Of a stretch of DNA of 64,000 nucleotides, positions 63,370 to 64,000 are shown one piece after another. The notes beneath the pieces were generated by a model. The model did not search any database, had not been told where the DNA came from, and was given only the letters and a program-made list of their open reading frames with translations. Where the stretch lies: positions 744,001-808,000 of the forward strand of contig MU058387.1 in the NCBI GenBank assembly GCA_013265495.1. Direction: 5' to 3'. This DNA is from Vicugna vicugna (lineage: Eukaryota). Numbering within the stretch: position 1 is the first letter of the stretch; each line of letters opens with the position of its first letter. The position numbers and the translations under genes are program-made.

Positions 63370-63810
63370 TCTTAATTGCAGGCTTTCCATCGTCCATAGA
63401 ATAAAATCCAAGTGGCTTACCAAAGCCTGACGGCCTTGCATGTTCAGGCCCATCAGAACACTTGGACCCCGACTCGCGCCATTCCTCACTTAACATCCCC
63501 AGCCACACTCGTCTTTCAAGTTGCTGTTAGAGATCAGGCTCTGCTCTTGCTAAGACCTGGAGCGCTGTGTCAGCCTCTCTTCTCCTGTGCACCACCCTTC
63601 CTTGTCCTGGATCCCGCATGGGTACCAGCTGCTCATGCCTTGGGACTCCCATTCTCCAAGATGCCATCCATCTCCACCATGTATAAGCTCACACTCACGG
63701 CCTCCTAATACTCTCTACCACACAGCTCTATGCCCTTCATGAAGTGGCTCATAATTTTATCATTCCTAGTCTCAAGTTTGCAGCTTTTATTTAATTATTT
63801 ATTTTCTGTC
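63370..63810 (+). mobile_element. L2 LINE fragment
   Basis: GGCTTTCCATCGTCCATAGAATAAAATCCAAG...CAAAGCC...GCTCATGCCTTGGGACTCCC resembles the L2 3' region; approximate. Confidence 0.5.
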
Positions 63811-63813
63811 TTG

Positions 63814-64000
63814 ATTTTTTTTTTAATTGAAGTATAGTTGATTTACAATGTTGTGCTAGTTTCTGGTGTACAGCATAGTGAGATATATATATATATATAT
63901 GTACATTCCTTTTCACAACCCCTTTCATTGTAAGCCATTACAAGGTATTGAATATAGTTCCCTGTATATTCCTTTTCATATTCTTTTCATTATAGGCCAC
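63814..64000 (-). mobile_element. L1 3' end (runs off window)
   Basis: TTTTTTAATTGAAGTATAGTTGATTTACAATGTTGTGCTAGTTTCTGGTGTACAGCATAGTGA...(TA)n...ACAAGGTATTGAATATAGTTCCCTG. Confidence 0.9.

Noticed and set aside
1..64000. CRISPR arrays, operons, defence systems, NUMTs, processed pseudogenes, miRNA/snoRNA genes, named host gene
   Set aside because: Eukaryotic repeat-rich DNA with no repeat-spacer array, no long ORF and nothing I recognise as mitochondrial, mRNA-derived or a known small RNA. Short exons or small RNAs could be missed by eye; BLASTX, Rfam and spliced RNA-seq would settle it.

Overview
Mammalian non-coding genomic DNA, very probably camelid (Camelus/Vicugna/Lama), judged from five copies of a tRNA-Ala(AGC)-derived SINE matching the camelid Vic-1-type family. 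I found no credible protein-coding exon, RNA gene or prokaryotic-type system. The ORF track looks like chance ORFs and repeat read-through. The window holds typical eutherian interspersed repeats (MIR, L2, L1 3' ends, MLT1B-like and MER41-like solo LTRs, MER20/MER5/MER53-like hAT relics) and microsatellites. It also has one assembly gap, a near-perfect 508-bp tandem duplication, and several repeat-free, TAAT/TGTCA-rich blocks that look like conserved non-coding enhancers. The antisense bias of L1/LTR/SINE insertions suggests a very large intron of a + strand gene, which I cannot name from the sequence. Repeat family names come from recalled consensus sequences, not a database search, and boundaries of old repeats are approximate. 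I do not see a previously undescribed biological system. The best leads are the tandem duplication, a possible SINE-L1 chimera, the intact solo LTR beside a CpG patch, and the candidate enhancers.
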